Origin: Dendrobates tinctorius
Taxonomy: Eukaryota
Reading direction: 5' to 3'
Length of the DNA: 64,000 nucleotides
Assembly (NCBI RefSeq): GCF_039654945.1
Contig: NW_027361728.1
Coordinates: 58,652,001 to 58,716,000 of the forward strand
How positions within the stretch are numbered: position 1 is the first letter of the stretch; each line of letters begins with the position of its first letter. Positions 51,175-62,673 of the stretch are shown here, piece after piece. The position numbers were made by a program, and so were the translations under genes. The notes below the pieces were generated by a model. It saw only the letters and a program-made list of their open reading frames with translations, did no database searches and was not told the origin of the DNA.

Positions 51175-54100
51175 CTAGGGAGAGGCTGCCTGATATAGGG
51201 CACGCAGGAGGACTTCCGGGTTAGGGAGAGGCGGAGTCAGGGATCCGAGGGATAGGACGCCTGGACGGGGGGGCGTGCACCTGCGTACCTGGAGAGAGGC
51301 GGAGGAGGCGGGCCGAGAGGACCGGAAGTGCCTGGAAAGCGTGGAGCCAGGGAGGAGAGCGGAGACCGCCGGCGTCATGGCAACAGGGGACGCAGCAGAG
51401 GCGGGCGGCGCGGCGGCGGCAGGAGCAGGGCCCGAAGCAAGGTCAGGACGCGCTGTGGTAGCAGCGGTCCGAACGGCGGCTGCAGAGGCCGGAGGACGCG
51501 CTGGGGAGGTGAGCGTGACAGTACCCCCCTCCTTAAGCCCCCCCCTCTTAAGGCCAGAAAGGAATCGGGCTAGGATACGAGGAGCCTGAATATTCTCGCG
51601 AGGCTCCCAAGATCTCTCCTCGGGACCGAATCCTTTCCAGTCAATTAAGTAGAGGGTCCTACCTCTGGATCTCTTCATCGCAAGAATGTCTTTAACTTCA
51701 AAGACATCCTGTGCGGACACAGGCAGGGGTGAGCGGCCAGTGGAGGAGTGAAAACGGTTCAGGATAACAGGCTTTAGGAGAGAAGCATGGAACGAATCAG
51801 GAATTCTCAGCGAGGCGGGAAGTTTTAACTTGTAGGCGACATCATTGATACGAGCCAAGACTTCAAATGGACCTATATACCGAGGACCCAGTTTGTACGA
51901 GGGTTGTTTTAGGCGGACAAACTTTGAAGACAGCCATACTTTATCTCCAGGTTGGTACAGTGGAGAATCCAGGCGTTTTTTGTCCGCATGGCTCTTGATC
52001 CTACCTAGAGCCAGATCAAGCGCGGTTTTGGTCTCCTGCCAGACCCTGGAGAACTCCTCGGTCAGAAGATCGGCCGCCGGCACACCCGAGACAGGAGGTA
52101 CCGGCAGAGGTACACCTGGATGTTGTCCATAGACAATGAAGAAGGGTGATTTGGAGGAGGATTCACTGGTATGGTTGTTGTAGGTGAATTCAGCCCAAGG
52201 GAGTAGGTTGGACCAATCATTCTGGTGGGCGTTGGAAAAATGCCGAAGATAAGAAACAAGGATTTGATTCGTGCGTTCAGCCTGGCCGTTGGTCTGGGGA
52301 TGGTAGGAAGAGGAAAAGTCCAACGTTACCTCCATCATGCTGCACAGGGCCCTCCAAAACCGTGAGGTGAACTGAACCCCTCTGTCGGAAACGATATGTT
52401 TGGGGAAGCCGTGAATCCGGAACACATGGGTGACGAAAATCTTCGCCAATTCAGGCGCGGAGGGTAAGCCGGGCAGAGCAATAAAATGGGCCATCTTAGA
52501 AAACCGATCCACCACAACCAAGATGACGGTGTGACCAGAAGACCGGGGCAGATCGGTAATAAAGTCCATTGCAACATGCTGCCAGGGAGCCGAAGGAATC
52601 GGAAGCGGGTGTAAGAGTCCGGAGGGTAGATGTCGTGGGACTTTGTTTCTGGCACACGATGGGCACGAGGCGATGAAGTCTCGGACATCTTGACGAAGCG
52701 ATGGCCACCAATAAAAACGAGAAATGAGAAGGAGCGTTTTCTTGAGGCCTACATGGCCGGCTAGTTTGGAGGCATGGCCCCAACGTAGTACTCGTCTCCT
52801 CTCACTTTCCTGCACGAAGGTCTTACCCGATGGTAATGACGTCAAGTTAACAGGTGCGACCATGATAACTTTGCTGGGATCCACGATGTGCGATGGCTCC
52901 TCTTCATGATCCGAGACCAGAAAGGACCGGGACAACGCATCTGCCTTGAGATTCTTGTCTCCAGGACGGAAATGCAGTTCAAAGTCAAAGCGGGCAAAGA
53001 ATAGTGACCACCTGGCTTGCCGGGGGTTAAGTCTTTGTGCAGACCGGATGTATGCCAGGTTCTTGTGGTCGGTGTAGATTTTGAACGGATGCACAGCTCC
53101 CTCCAGAAGGTACCGCCACTCCTCCAGGGCCAATTTGATGGCAAGCAACTCTCTGTCACCAATGGCGTAGTTCCTCTCTGCGGTGGAGAACTTCTTCGAG
53201 AAAAAACTGCAGGTGAGCAGACGGCCGGAGGGAGATCTCTGGGAAAGAACCGCCCCTGCTCCGATGGCTGATGCGTCTACTTCAAGAACAAAAGGTCTAT
53301 TGATCTCAGGACGATGGAGGATGGGAGCCGTAGCGAAAGCTTGTCTCAAGGCTTGAAAAGCATCCTCAGCTTCCGAGGGCCAGGGGAGAGGATTGGCTCC
53401 TTTACGGGTTAAGGCGGAGATTGGAGCAGTCAAGGTGGAAAAGTGTGAAATAAACTGCCGATAATAATTGGCAAAACCGAGGAAACGTTGAATCGCCTTG
53501 ATTCCCTGGGGACGCGGCCATTTGAGCACGGCGGACACTTTTCCTGGATCCATACGTAGGCCCGAGTCCGAAATGATATAACCCAGGAATGGCAGGGAAG
53601 ATTGCTCGAAGGCACATTTTTCGAGTTTGGCGTAGAGACGATGCTCTCTTAATCGTAGTAAGACTTGACGGACGTCTTTTCGGTGAGCAGCCAGGTCCGG
53701 GGAAAATACGAGAATGTCGTCCAAATACACCACTACACAGGAGTAGAGAAGATCTCGAAACACGTCGTTGACAAACTCCTGAAACACTGCGGGAGCATTG
53801 CACAGGCCAAAAGGCATAACTAAATACTCGTAGTGGCCGTCTCGGGTATTGAAAGCGGTCTTCCACTCGTCTCCGGAGCGAATGCGGACTAGATTATAGG
53901 CCCCTCGGAGATCCAATTTCGTGAAGACTCGTGCTCCCCGTAGACGGTCAAATAGCTCCGGAATGAGAGGCAGCGGGTATTTGTTTTTGATGGTGATGTT
54001 GTTGAGACCCCGATAATCAATGCAGGGGCGAAGAGATCCATCCTTTTTCTTGACGAAAAAGAAGCCTGCTCCTGCAGGTGACGACGACTTGCGAATAAAG

Positions 54101-54789
54101 CCTCTGGCCAAGTTCTCCTGGATATATTCGGTCATGGCCAGAGTCTCGGGAGGGGATAAAGGATAGATCCGACCTCGAGGTGGAGTTGAGCCTGGGACCA
54201 GATCGATTGGGCAATCGTAGGGTCGATGCGGGGGTAGAACCTCTGCCTCCTTCTTATCGAAGACGTCCGAGAAAGCCCAATAGGCCGATGGAAGATCAGT
54301 GGAGGTCAAAGTGAGAGGCGTGAAGTTCTTCGGTAGAACGGCAGACAGACATCGGTCTTGACAAGACTGTCCCCAGCGCAGAATGTCCCCGGAGCGCCAG
54401 TTCAAGGTAGGCTCGTGCGTTCTCAACCAGGGTAGGCCCAAGAGGATAGTATGGGATAGCGCGGGCAGTACATAAAAGACAATCTTCTCCCGGTGTAAGG
54501 CTCCAATCTGAAGTTCCACTTCTTCGGTGACCTGAGTAACGGACATCCGCAAGGGTCGGCCGTCGACCGAAGCAATCTGCTGAGGAGTCTCCAGGGATCG
54601 CACAGGGATCCGAAGTCTCTTAACCGCCTCGAACTGAATAAAGTTACCCGCTGCGCCTGAATCAAGATAAGCCCACTCAGAGAAACGTTTGGAGCCTATG
54701 TGCAGAAGAACGGAGAGAACCAAAGGTAGAGAGGAATCATAATCACCTAGGGAGGCCTCTCTTACCTGTCCTAGGCGGAGGCATTTCCC
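51175..54789 (-). CDS. Pol (protease, RT, RNase H, integrase, chromodomain), entered by -1 frameshift
   Basis: LDSGA, YLDD, EVDAS, HHCC, DFITDLP, SDRG, GQAER, GPF and chromodomain (FEVKDIL...YLIDWKGF..SWEP); slippery G_GGA_AAT at 54789-54783. Confidence 0.96.
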   Translation of the reverse strand, partial: GKCLRLGQVREASLGDYDSSLPLVLSVLLHIGSKRFSEWAYLDSGAAGNFIQFEAVKRLRIPVRSLETPQQIASVDGRPLRMSVTQVTEEVELQIGALHREKIVFYVLPALSHTILLGLPWLRTHEPTLNWRSGDILRWGQSCQDRCLSAVLPKNFTPLTLTSTDLPSAYWAFSDVFDKKEAEVLPPHRPYDCPIDLVPGSTPPRGRIYPLSPPETLAMTEYIQENLARGFIRKSSSPAGAGFFFVKKKDGSLRPCIDYRGLNNITIKNKYPLPLIPELFDRLRGARVFTKLDLRGAYNLVRIRSGDEWKTAFNTRDGHYEYLVMPFGLCNAPAVFQEFVNDVFRDLLYSCVVVYLDDILVFSPDLAAHRKDVRQVLLRLREHRLYAKLEKCAFEQSSLPFLGYIISDSGLRMDPGKVSAVLKWPRPQGIKAIQRFLGFANYYRQFISHFSTLTAPISALTRKGANPLPWPSEAEDAFQALRQAFATAPILHRPEINRPFVLEVDASAIGAGAVLSQRSPSGRLLTCSFFSKKFSTAERNYAIGDRELLAIKLALEEWRYLLEGAVHPFKIYTDHKNLAYIRSAQRLNPRQARWSLFFARFDFELHFRPGDKNLKADALSRSFLVSDHEEEPSHIVDPSKVIMVAPVNLTSLPSGKTFVQESERRRVLRWGHASKLAGHVGLKKTLLLISRFYWWPSLRQDVRDFIASCPSCARNKVPRHLPSGLLHPLPIPSAPWQHVAMDFITDLPRSSGHTVILVVVDRFSKMAHFIALPGLPSAPELAKIFVTHVFRIHGFPKHIVSDRGVQFTSRFWRALCSMMEVTLDFSSSYHPQTNGQAERTNQILVSYLRHFSNAHQNDWSNLLPWAEFTYNNHTSESSSKSPFFIVYGQHPGVPLPVPPVSGVPAADLLTEEFSRVWQETKTALDLALGRIKSHADKKRLDSPLYQPGDKVWLSSKFVRLKQPSYKLGPRYIGPFEVLARINDVAYKLKLPASLRIPDSFHASLLKPVILNRFHSSTGRSPLPVSAQDVFEVKDILAMKRSRGRTLYLIDWKGFGPEERSWEPRENIQAPRILARFLSGLKRGGLKEGGTVTLTSPARPPASAAAVRTAATTARPDLASGPAPAAAAPPASAASPVAMTPAVSALLPGSTLSRHFRSSRPASSASLQVRRCTPPRPGVLSLGSLTPPLPNPEVLLRALYQAASP

Positions 54790-55802
54790 GGGCGGATAGG
54801 ACAGGAACGGAGGAAGTGGGAAGCACTCCCACAATAGAAGCAGAGCCCCTGTTCGATCCTCTCTCTCCGGCGTTCCTCCACCGGTTTTAGCCGATCTACT
54901 TGCATGGGCTCCGGTGCAGGAACCACAGAAGACGACGCCGGACGGGAGCGAAGAGGGCTGCGAGCGACCGGTAGGACGCGAGGTCTTCTCTCTCTGGCGG
55001 CCTCGCGGGATCGCTCCTGGAATCGTAGGTCGATGCGGGTGGCCAAGGAGATCAAGTCCTCCAGAGAGGCTGGAATATCACGGCCTGCTAACTCGTCTTT
55101 AATTCGAGCAGAGAGTCCCCGCCAGAAGGCTCCCACCAAGGCCTCATTGTTCCACCCCAACTCAGAAGATAGGGTACGGAACCGAATGGCGTACTGACCT
55201 ACCGAGAGCGCCCCCTGGTGTAGATTAAACAGCGCTTCGGTAGTAGAGGCTAAGCGACCCGGTTCATCGAACACCTTCCGAAAGGTGTCCAGAAAAATGG
55301 ACAGCTGGGAGATTATGGGATCATCTCGTTCCCAGAGGGGGTTTACCCAAGCCAGAGCCTCCCCTTCCAAGTGGGACACGACAAAAGCAACCTTGGCCCG
55401 GTCAGTGGAATACTGCAGAGGGGACAGCTCAAAGTGTAGCAGACATTGGTTCAGGAACCCTCTGCATAATTTGGGATCGCCGTTAAAGCATGGGGGCTTT
55501 GCTAGACGGGGTGATGAGTGGGGAGCTGCAGCCTGGGGTGGAGTGGAGGCTGCGGACTGGAGAGCCAGAAGACGGTTATCCACTGAGGCCATATAGTTTA
55601 AAATGTGGGCCTGAGCGTCACGCTGCTGTGCGAGCTCCTGCTGAAGACTCGCCACCTGAGGAGCGCTAGTGGGATCAGAGGTCTGTATGGAAGACCTCTG
55701 CATGGTCTGCATGGACTTGAGGAAGGACATTATCCTCGCCTGGTTTTCTCGTAGGAACAGGAGTTCCTTCTGAGTCGGGGTCGGGGTACCAGCGGGGTCC
55801 AT
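54771..55802 (-). CDS. Gag (PEG10/sushi-like capsid, CCHC knuckle)
   Basis: 343-aa ORF; FNGDPKLCRGFL, LHQGALSVGQYAIRF, CFYCGSASHFLRSC. Confidence 0.95.
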   Translation of the reverse strand: MDPAGTPTPTQKELLFLRENQARIMSFLKSMQTMQRSSIQTSDPTSAPQVASLQQELAQQRDAQAHILNYMASVDNRLLALQSAASTPPQAAAPHSSPRLAKPPCFNGDPKLCRGFLNQCLLHFELSPLQYSTDRAKVAFVVSHLEGEALAWVNPLWERDDPIISQLSIFLDTFRKVFDEPGRLASTTEALFNLHQGALSVGQYAIRFRTLSSELGWNNEALVGAFWRGLSARIKDELAGRDIPASLEDLISLATRIDLRFQERSREAARERRPRVLPVARSPLRSRPASSSVVPAPEPMQVDRLKPVEERRRERIEQGLCFYCGSASHFLRSCPIRPGNASA

Positions 55803-57510
55803 GGCCTGATTATACTGTTATGATGTGAGGCTGGAAACCTCCGGGAGCTGAACCCTCAGGACCGCGACGACGAACCTCCCCTAGGCGAGCTGACCAGGTG
55901 GACCACCCCCTATACAGGGAGTGTAAGGGGCAGGCCCAAGGGAGACTATCGCCGCGGAAGCTGATACCCGGGGACAACCGGAGGATGACGTAAGCCGGGG
56001 AGGACTGGAGAACCGGTGCGAATGAAGACGACCACAGGGGAGACTGCTGTTGCCGCGAGGAGGGAGGTGACCACCAGGAGGGATGCTGGAACGTGTAGCA
56101 GAAGGGAAGCTGGCACAGGCGGGCGAGGACAGGAACGGAGCAGACCTGGAAAGGAACACGAGAGGGTAACCGACAGGCAGACTAACGGGAAGTCAGGAGG
56201 AGTACAAGGCACAGAGACAGACAGAGCGCTAGGAGACGTGGACCCGATATCAGAGCGCGAAGCACAATTGATAATCAGGCAGGGAGCCTAGGGAGAGGCT
56301 GCCTGATATAGGGCACGCAGGAGGACTTCCGGGTTAGGGAGAGGCGGAGTCAGGGATCCGAGGGATAGGACGCCTGGACAGGGGGGGCGTGCGCCTGCGT
56401 ACCTGGAGAGAGGTGGAGGAGGCGGGCCGAGAGGACCGGAAGTGCCTGGACAGCGTGGAGCCAGGGAGGAGAGCGGAGACCGCCGGCGTCATGGCAACAG
56501 GGGACGCAGCAGAGGCGGGCGGCGCGGCGGCGGCAGGAGCAGGGCCCGAAGCAAGGTCAGGACGCGCTGTGGTGGCAGCGGTCCGAGCGGCGGCTGCAGA
56601 GGCCGGAGGACGCGCTGGGGAGGTGAGCGTGACAGCGTATAGTCTGGGTGTGGAGAACAGTGAGTATTCCCGTCAGCTGTGCTCTGCTTGTAAGCAGCAC
56701 AAGACGTCCCTGCCATGCACTGCTTACAAGCATAAATCGGCTGCCTGCACCAAACCAAGACGCTGTGAGGGAGCACAGGAAGGTAAGTAGGATGTTTTTT
56801 TTTTTTTTATATTTTTTAATGGGGGCCATGCATAAAAGGATATGGAAAAGGAATCATGCATACAAGCATAGGGAGGAGCCATGCAGACCAGGATGGGGAT
56901 GAAGAGACATGGATACAAGGAGAGGGATGAGGAGCCATGAAGACCGGGATGGGGATGAGGAGCTATGCATACAAGGAAAGGGTTGAGGCCCATGCAGACC
57001 AGGATAAGGATGAGGAGCCATGCAGATCAGGATGGGGATGAGGGAGTCAAGCAGACCATGATAGGGATGAGGAGCCATGCATGAATACTACGCTTATACT
57101 CGTCAATACGTTTTCCCAGTTTTTTGTGGTAAAATTTAGTGCCTCGGCTTATACTCGGGTCGGCTTATACTCAAGTATATATATGTCCCTGCCATAAATG
57201 CAGAAAATGGCTGTGGCAGCAATGGGCTAAGGGTTCAGTAATTTAGATGATATTGAGCTGAGTAGAATATTATTTTAATATGGCCATTCATGTGACAATC
57301 TCTCATAAGAGCATATGATTTTGGAAGTCATATGACAGGAAGTACATTATAAAGGAGAAAAAATATATAGTTAACTAATTGAAGCATGTCTAGTTAGTAG
57401 GAAGAGAACCAGGTATATGAACCACATGAGGATTTTCACCATATTATTGTATTGAGCAACTTTGACAAAAATATTACGAAACATTAAGAAAATAATTTTC
57501 AAGAAATTAA

Positions 57511-57928
57511 AGGGAATTTGTCAGCAGGTTTTTGCTTTGTAATCTGAGAGCAGCGTAATATAGTGGCTGAAATCCTAATTTTAGTGATGTGTCTGTTGCT
57601 GTGCTGTATTCTGTCATTTTGATACAATCCTTGTATTCTCTGCTGCAGACTTAGCAGTGTTGAGAATGCTGAGCACTGTATAACCCAGCCCACAATACTG
57701 ATTGGCAGCTTTCTGTGTATACTGGGCATTGACAGAATGCTGCTAGTTAGTGGTAGGGGTGAGGTTGAATAGAGCAGTTGACTAGTAGGTATGAGACACC
57801 TAGTCCTGTAGTGATAATCTCCTGCTGATAAAACACACAGCCTAGTAAGTGACACTGGAATCAGGCCCTCAGCCCCCATATCATGCTGCTCTCAGATCAC
57901 ATATCACAAACCTGCGGACAGATTCCCT
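57511..57928. mobile_element. TTAA-target MITE (Kolobok/T2-like)
   Basis: TTAA-AGGGAATTTGTCAGCAGG ... CCTGCGGACAGATTCCCT-TTAA. Confidence 0.85.
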
Positions 57929-58013
57929 TTAAGATCTGCAAGTGGACATAACACCACATTATTGACATTGTACATACTACTAACACTTTTATATAATTGC
58001 TTTTCAAGCTCAC

Positions 58014-58155
58014 CTTTTAGGCAATTTGGGAGGTCCTATTTTGGTGGAATACTGAACTTTTTGGTGTTTCGGAGCTTCTATGGAAAACGGTCTATCAAGT
58101 GGCTTATATTTTGAAATCACCCGTTCCCATTCATTGTCAAACGATGGCGCGTCAG
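58014..58155 (-). CDS. MLF1: MLF1 coding exon (SDAPSFDNEWERVISKYKP...PPKLPKR)
   Basis: Matches the MLF1 DAHAFDEEW..KYKP region; CAG acceptor and GTGAGC donor; phases consistent. Confidence 0.88.
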
Positions 58156-58279
58156 CTGCAACAGAAGAAAGCACAGTTACAGTCCAACAGCTACACACTG
58201 CTCAGGTGAAAGGTAAAACATCCTCCATGCTGCTGCTTTTGACTGTGTGTCATGTGACAGCCTCAAAATCTTAATGATT

Positions 58280-58603
58280 TAGAGATGATCTGCAAAGAGG
58301 AGTGGACCAAAATTCCTCCTGACATGTGCATAAACCTCATCATCAACTACAAAAAACGTCTGACTGCTGTGCTTGCCAACAAGGGTTTTACCACCAAGTA
58401 TTAATTCTTGTTTGCAGAGGGATCAAATACTTATTTCTCACTGCAAAATGATAATTTATACAATGATTTTCTGGATTTTATTTTTGATATTCTATCTCTC
58501 AAAGTTGAAATTAACCTATCCTTAAAATTATAGTCTGTTCATGTCTTTGTCAGTGGGCAAACTTAAAATCAGCAAGAGATCAAATACTTATTTCCCCCAC
58601 TGT
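58280..58603 (+). mobile_element. Tc1 3' remnant
   Basis: ICKEEWTKI...[15 protein letters not shown] then TIR ...TATTTCCCCCACTG followed by TA. Confidence 0.85.
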
Positions 58604-58769
58604 ACATGAAGACAGAAGAGCAGGACTCCCTCATGTCTGTGTGCAGTGTATGGGAGACATTATAGCAGCTCCCATAAGCTCAGATAAGCTGAAAATTAGA
58701 AATAGAGGCTGTAAAAAGGAAAACTATTGAAAAGATTGAGGATACAAGTAATGGCGGGAAATATTTTGT

Positions 58770-59470
58770 GATGCAACAGCGATCTCACCTGCGATCTCGC
58801 TACATGTGACACGCAGCAGCGACCGGCCCCCCTGCTGGATATCGCTGATCGTGCAGGAATGTCCTGGGCCTTTTTTTAAACATCGGCGTCCCGCTGGCCA
58901 GCATGCATCGCTGTGTTTGATCGCTGGATCGTTGCTGCGTCGCTGAAGACATCTGCCTGTTTGGCAACTTACTAGCGATCATTTAGCGACGCACCAGCGA
59001 TCCCTACAGGTTGTATCGTTGTCGGGATCGCTGGTGCGTTGCTAAGGGTACCGTTACACTTAGCGATGCACCAGCGATCCCGACCACGATATGACACGGT
59101 CAGGATCGCTGGTGCATCGCTAAGTGGTCGCTAGTGAGCTGCAAAACAGGCAGATCTCACCAGCGACATAGCAGCGGTCGGGGGTCTCTACTTACCTGTC
59201 AAACGAGGCGATCCTGACGTCCTCCCGCCCGCGTCCACGCGTCACTCGTCGCCACAGCAGGAAGCCCAGCAGGAAGTGGGCGACGAGAAATGGCCCAGGA
59301 CGTTCTCGCGCGATCAGCGATAATCAGCAGGGGAGCCGGTTGGAGGTAAGTATCACACATAGCGATATCGCTAGCAATATCGCTGCAGCGTCACAAAACT
59401 AGTGACGTTATAGCGATATTGCTAGCGATATCGCTATGTGTAACGGGCCCTTTAGTGAAACGGGACCCTT
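58770..59470. mobile_element. Harbinger MITE remnant with a related MITE nested at 59046-59451
   Basis: Inner TIRs GGGTACCGTTACAC / GTGTAACGGGCCCT; the outer TIR resumes (GTGAAACGGGACCC) after the insert. Confidence 0.8.
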
Positions 59471-60191
59471 AAGTCATGTAATGTTTTCTTGGGAATTCAA
59501 TATGCAAATAGCCTTTTTTTTTTAGAGAGAAAGTGGACTGCAACTGTAGTGCCAACTACTGGAAGTAAGAGTCCCAAATGTTAATATTAACCTTTTAAAG
59601 GGCTTTGCCACGTGACTTAGCATACGACACTCCATTTGTCCATTTTGTTTTGTGTTTTTTGTCCCTCATCAGTGCACAGCAGGATGTTGGCTGGGTGACT
59701 GGAGTATGACATGATCTAAGGTTTTGTGCATGTGTCTTTCTCAGGTGGGTACTCTCTGTAAAACGCCGGCGGCAAAGACGTCACATACAGGAACAAAAAA
59801 AAAACCCCAAAACACAAAGACTACAGGAATAAAAACGTAGTCAAATCTAAGTCAATATCGAACCCTATGGCAAAATTACAAAACTAAACTAAATCCTCAG
59901 GGGAGCAGTAGGAATAAAATAAGAGCACTAACCGGTCACTTTTCACCTGGTGACAGGTCTTTAGATTATGTTTTCAAATGATGCAAAGTTATATGAAGGT
60001 CCCTGTGAGAATACACTTTTTATTGGCTGCTTTAACAATGTTCATTATGTCTACCTTGTTAATACTTTAACTATATAATATCACCGTGTTGGCCACATAA
60101 AAGGCATGACATCAGGAAGGTGAAGACTAACCCAAATACCAAAAGTGCAAAGTATCTAGAAGGATCTGGAAGAAAAAGATGTAGGACTCAC

Positions 60192-60351
60192 ATTCATCCA
60201 TATTTAAAAATTCCTGATTAAGTTCTTGATCTCCAGTCTTGTTGTTCTTCATTTGCTTGACAATGTGGGCACGGTCTTTGATGTGATGTCCAACAGCCAT
60301 TTGTTCAACTCCACTTTCAGAGTCCTTGACAGATTTCTTTGTTTCTTTTAT
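60192..60351 (-). CDS. MLF1: MLF1 coding exon (IKETKKSVKDSESGVEQMAVGHHIKDRAH...QEFLNMDE)
   Basis: Strong match to the MLF family core; CAG acceptor and GTGAGT donor; 160 nt. Confidence 0.95.
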
Positions 60352-60400
60352 CTGCATGTAAATGGTAGTTTTCATTACAACTCCTATTACAACACTGTTA

Positions 60401-60917
60401 GGGTACCGTCACACTTAGCGACTCACCAGCGATCCCGACAACGATATCAACGTGTCAGGATCGCTGGTGAGTCGCTACATGATCGCTGGTGAGCTGTCAA
60501 ACAGACAGCTTCACCAGCGATCAGCACCAGCAACGCCGAGTGCGCGGCATCGCTGTGTACATTAGTTACCAGTGCGCTGATGCAGGGAGCTGGTAACTAA
60601 GGTACACATCGGGTATCTAAGGGACGTGCGTCACTTAGAAACCTGATGCATACCTTAGATACCCGATGTGTACCTTAGTTACCAGCTGATCGCTGGACTC
60701 CCGCCTGTCACACACAGCGATGCGTGCTGGCCAGCGGGAGACCAGCGATCAAAGAAATGTCCAGGGCTTTCCAATAGCGGTCAGCGATACCGGCAGGGGG
60801 GCCGGTCGCTGATCGCTGTCACACACAGTGATCTCGCTGGTGAGATCGCTGTTGTGTCACAAAACTTGTGACTCAGCAGCGATCTCGCTAGCGAGATCGC
60901 TATGTGTGACAGAGCCC
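60401..60917. mobile_element. Harbinger-type MITE
   Basis: TIRs GGGTACCGTCACAC / GTGTGACAGAGCCC; TTA TSD. Confidence 0.85.
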
Positions 60918-61069
60918 TTAGAGTAGGTGCACCCCTTTAGTTGTGGTGGGATGGCTTTTATGATCAAAATAGCATTAACTAAGTACCCCATGTTATTTAC
61001 ATGAACTAGTACTGTTTACTTATTTATTTGAGGTAAGATATATGCACATTTTGTTTTTTCTCTTGGGTT

Positions 61070-61610
61070 TTCTCTTTAGTGATGAGTCATGCTTTTGTCT
61101 TAGACAAAATAATAGCCGTAGATTGGTGTGGAGAACACGTGGGCAAAGCTATGAAGCGGCCTTCATGAGGGAACATGATCGTTTCCTTGGAGCCGGTTTT
61201 CAACACGACAAAGCCTGGCAGCATGTTGCTCTTCTTATTGTGAGCAGCCTGCATGGTCTAAAAATGTTACCATGGCCTGAAGAGTCTCCAGACTTGTCTC
61301 CCATCGACCAGATCTGGGACATCATTGGTTGGTAATTGAAAAGGGAGCTGCCAACTGCAGAACTTGATGATTTGCATGCCCAAGTGCAATCATCATGGCA
61401 GAACATTCCTCAACCGTTAATAACCTCACTGATAGCATCCATTTACTTGCATGTATTTCTGTATACTCCATACTGAATAAAATTGAAAAGTTTTGAAAAT
61501 GTTATTTCCATTTTTTTCATAATTTGCACATAACATGTCTGTGCCTCCTGTGATTTCCATAATTCCACAACTTTTACTTCTTTGTGTTACAATTTCAATG
61601 TTGAGGGGTG
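61070..61610 (+). mobile_element. Tc1 transposase remnant with internal deletion
   Basis: FSDES, FQHDKAWQH, WPEESPDLSPI..IW motifs. Confidence 0.8.
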
Positions 61611-62544
61611 TAAATAGTAAGATTTTATATATTTATACTAGGAACACATTTAAAACATAGTTTTAAGGGAACAATCTCTGTAATAAACTAGGGAACATAA
61701 GTACACCATGCTCTGTGCAGCTGCCTTACCACACTTTTTGGCACTGCATGAGGATCTGGGCATGCTGGCCCCAACTTCCGAGAAAACCAGTTCCAGTAGC
61801 GCCAGCCTTTAGAAGTGTCAGAGATGTACATGCCACACACCCTTTAGACCAGCCTAGTCCATGCTGTAGGATAAATACAGACTTCCAGAAACTTCTTCAA
61901 ATTCTATAAAGATGTGTGTTTTACGGTGTATTTCATGTCACCTCTTAGGTTTGATTTTTTTTCGGGATGGTGATGCTTTGTGGTTGTTATTTTAAGTCAG
62001 TGATGTGCCACCCTTGGCCTTACCTAAATATAAACTGTATGGCCTTCAGCACTCTCCTTGACATGCTGGCTAATAATCATGCCTTAATATTTTCTTCACG
62101 AAACAACAACTAATTGCTGCACCATGCCGCTGACTGTCAGGAAGCTCCCGTGTCACATTATTTGAGACCTTTGTTGAAGCACATACTACTTTGACAGATT
62201 GCTATTTTCTACTTCCGTCTAGAAGGAGACGTGCGCGGCTTTAGGGTTCAAATTCATATTTCTTAGTGGCATAAGGTACAGCAGCTGCCAAGGAGCAACT
62301 GAAAGGCCAGGGTTAAATTAGTCATCAAAGCAGCAAAGTAAAATTACTCAATGCTATCCATCAAGAAGAGCAGGAAGCACATTATACACCATGCTACATA
62401 TTAAGAGTTCACACTTCTACTCCATGAGTCAACTTAATTTTATAAACCAGAATATTTATTAGAAACCAAAGCTATAAAATAAAGTCATGTGAAGACAATA
62501 ACATACAGAGCTTATTATAGACATAAAACTAACATTACACTTAC

Positions 62545-62673
62545 ACCACCAGGAGCTTTACGGGTTTGACTTGTTGCTTGGAAAATCTTAGGAGGTTCGT
62601 TTCCAGTCTTGGAATATGTCATCACCGAGGAAGACTTGAATGAGTGAACATCAGGTCTGTCTGACAATCCTTC
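62545..62673 (-). CDS. MLF1: MLF1 coding exon (EGLSDRPDVHSFKSSSVMTYSK...TRKAPGG)
   Basis: HSF.SSSVMTYSK..EPPK.FQA..QTR.APGG is the MLF1 signature; CAG acceptor and GTAAGT donor; 129 nt, phase 0. Confidence 0.95.

Larger units (their letters stand above)
50703..56634 (-). mobile_element. Intact Ty3/Gypsy chromovirus (Tf1/sushi group) LTR retrotransposon
   Basis: LTRs 50703-51520 and 55816-56634 (TG...CA; by eye about 6 substitutions and 1 indel); TSD GCGTA; PPT at ~51524-51549; open gag and pol. Confidence 0.97.
50456..57180. mobile_element. Tigger/pogo-like MITE hosting the Gypsy element
   Basis: TA-CCGTATACACTCGAGGATAAGCC ... CGGCTTATACTCAAGTATA termini. Confidence 0.65.

Noticed and set aside
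51175-55802. PEG10/RTL1 host gene
   Set aside because: Paired LTRs, TSD, and intact integrase and chromodomain show it is a retrotransposon.
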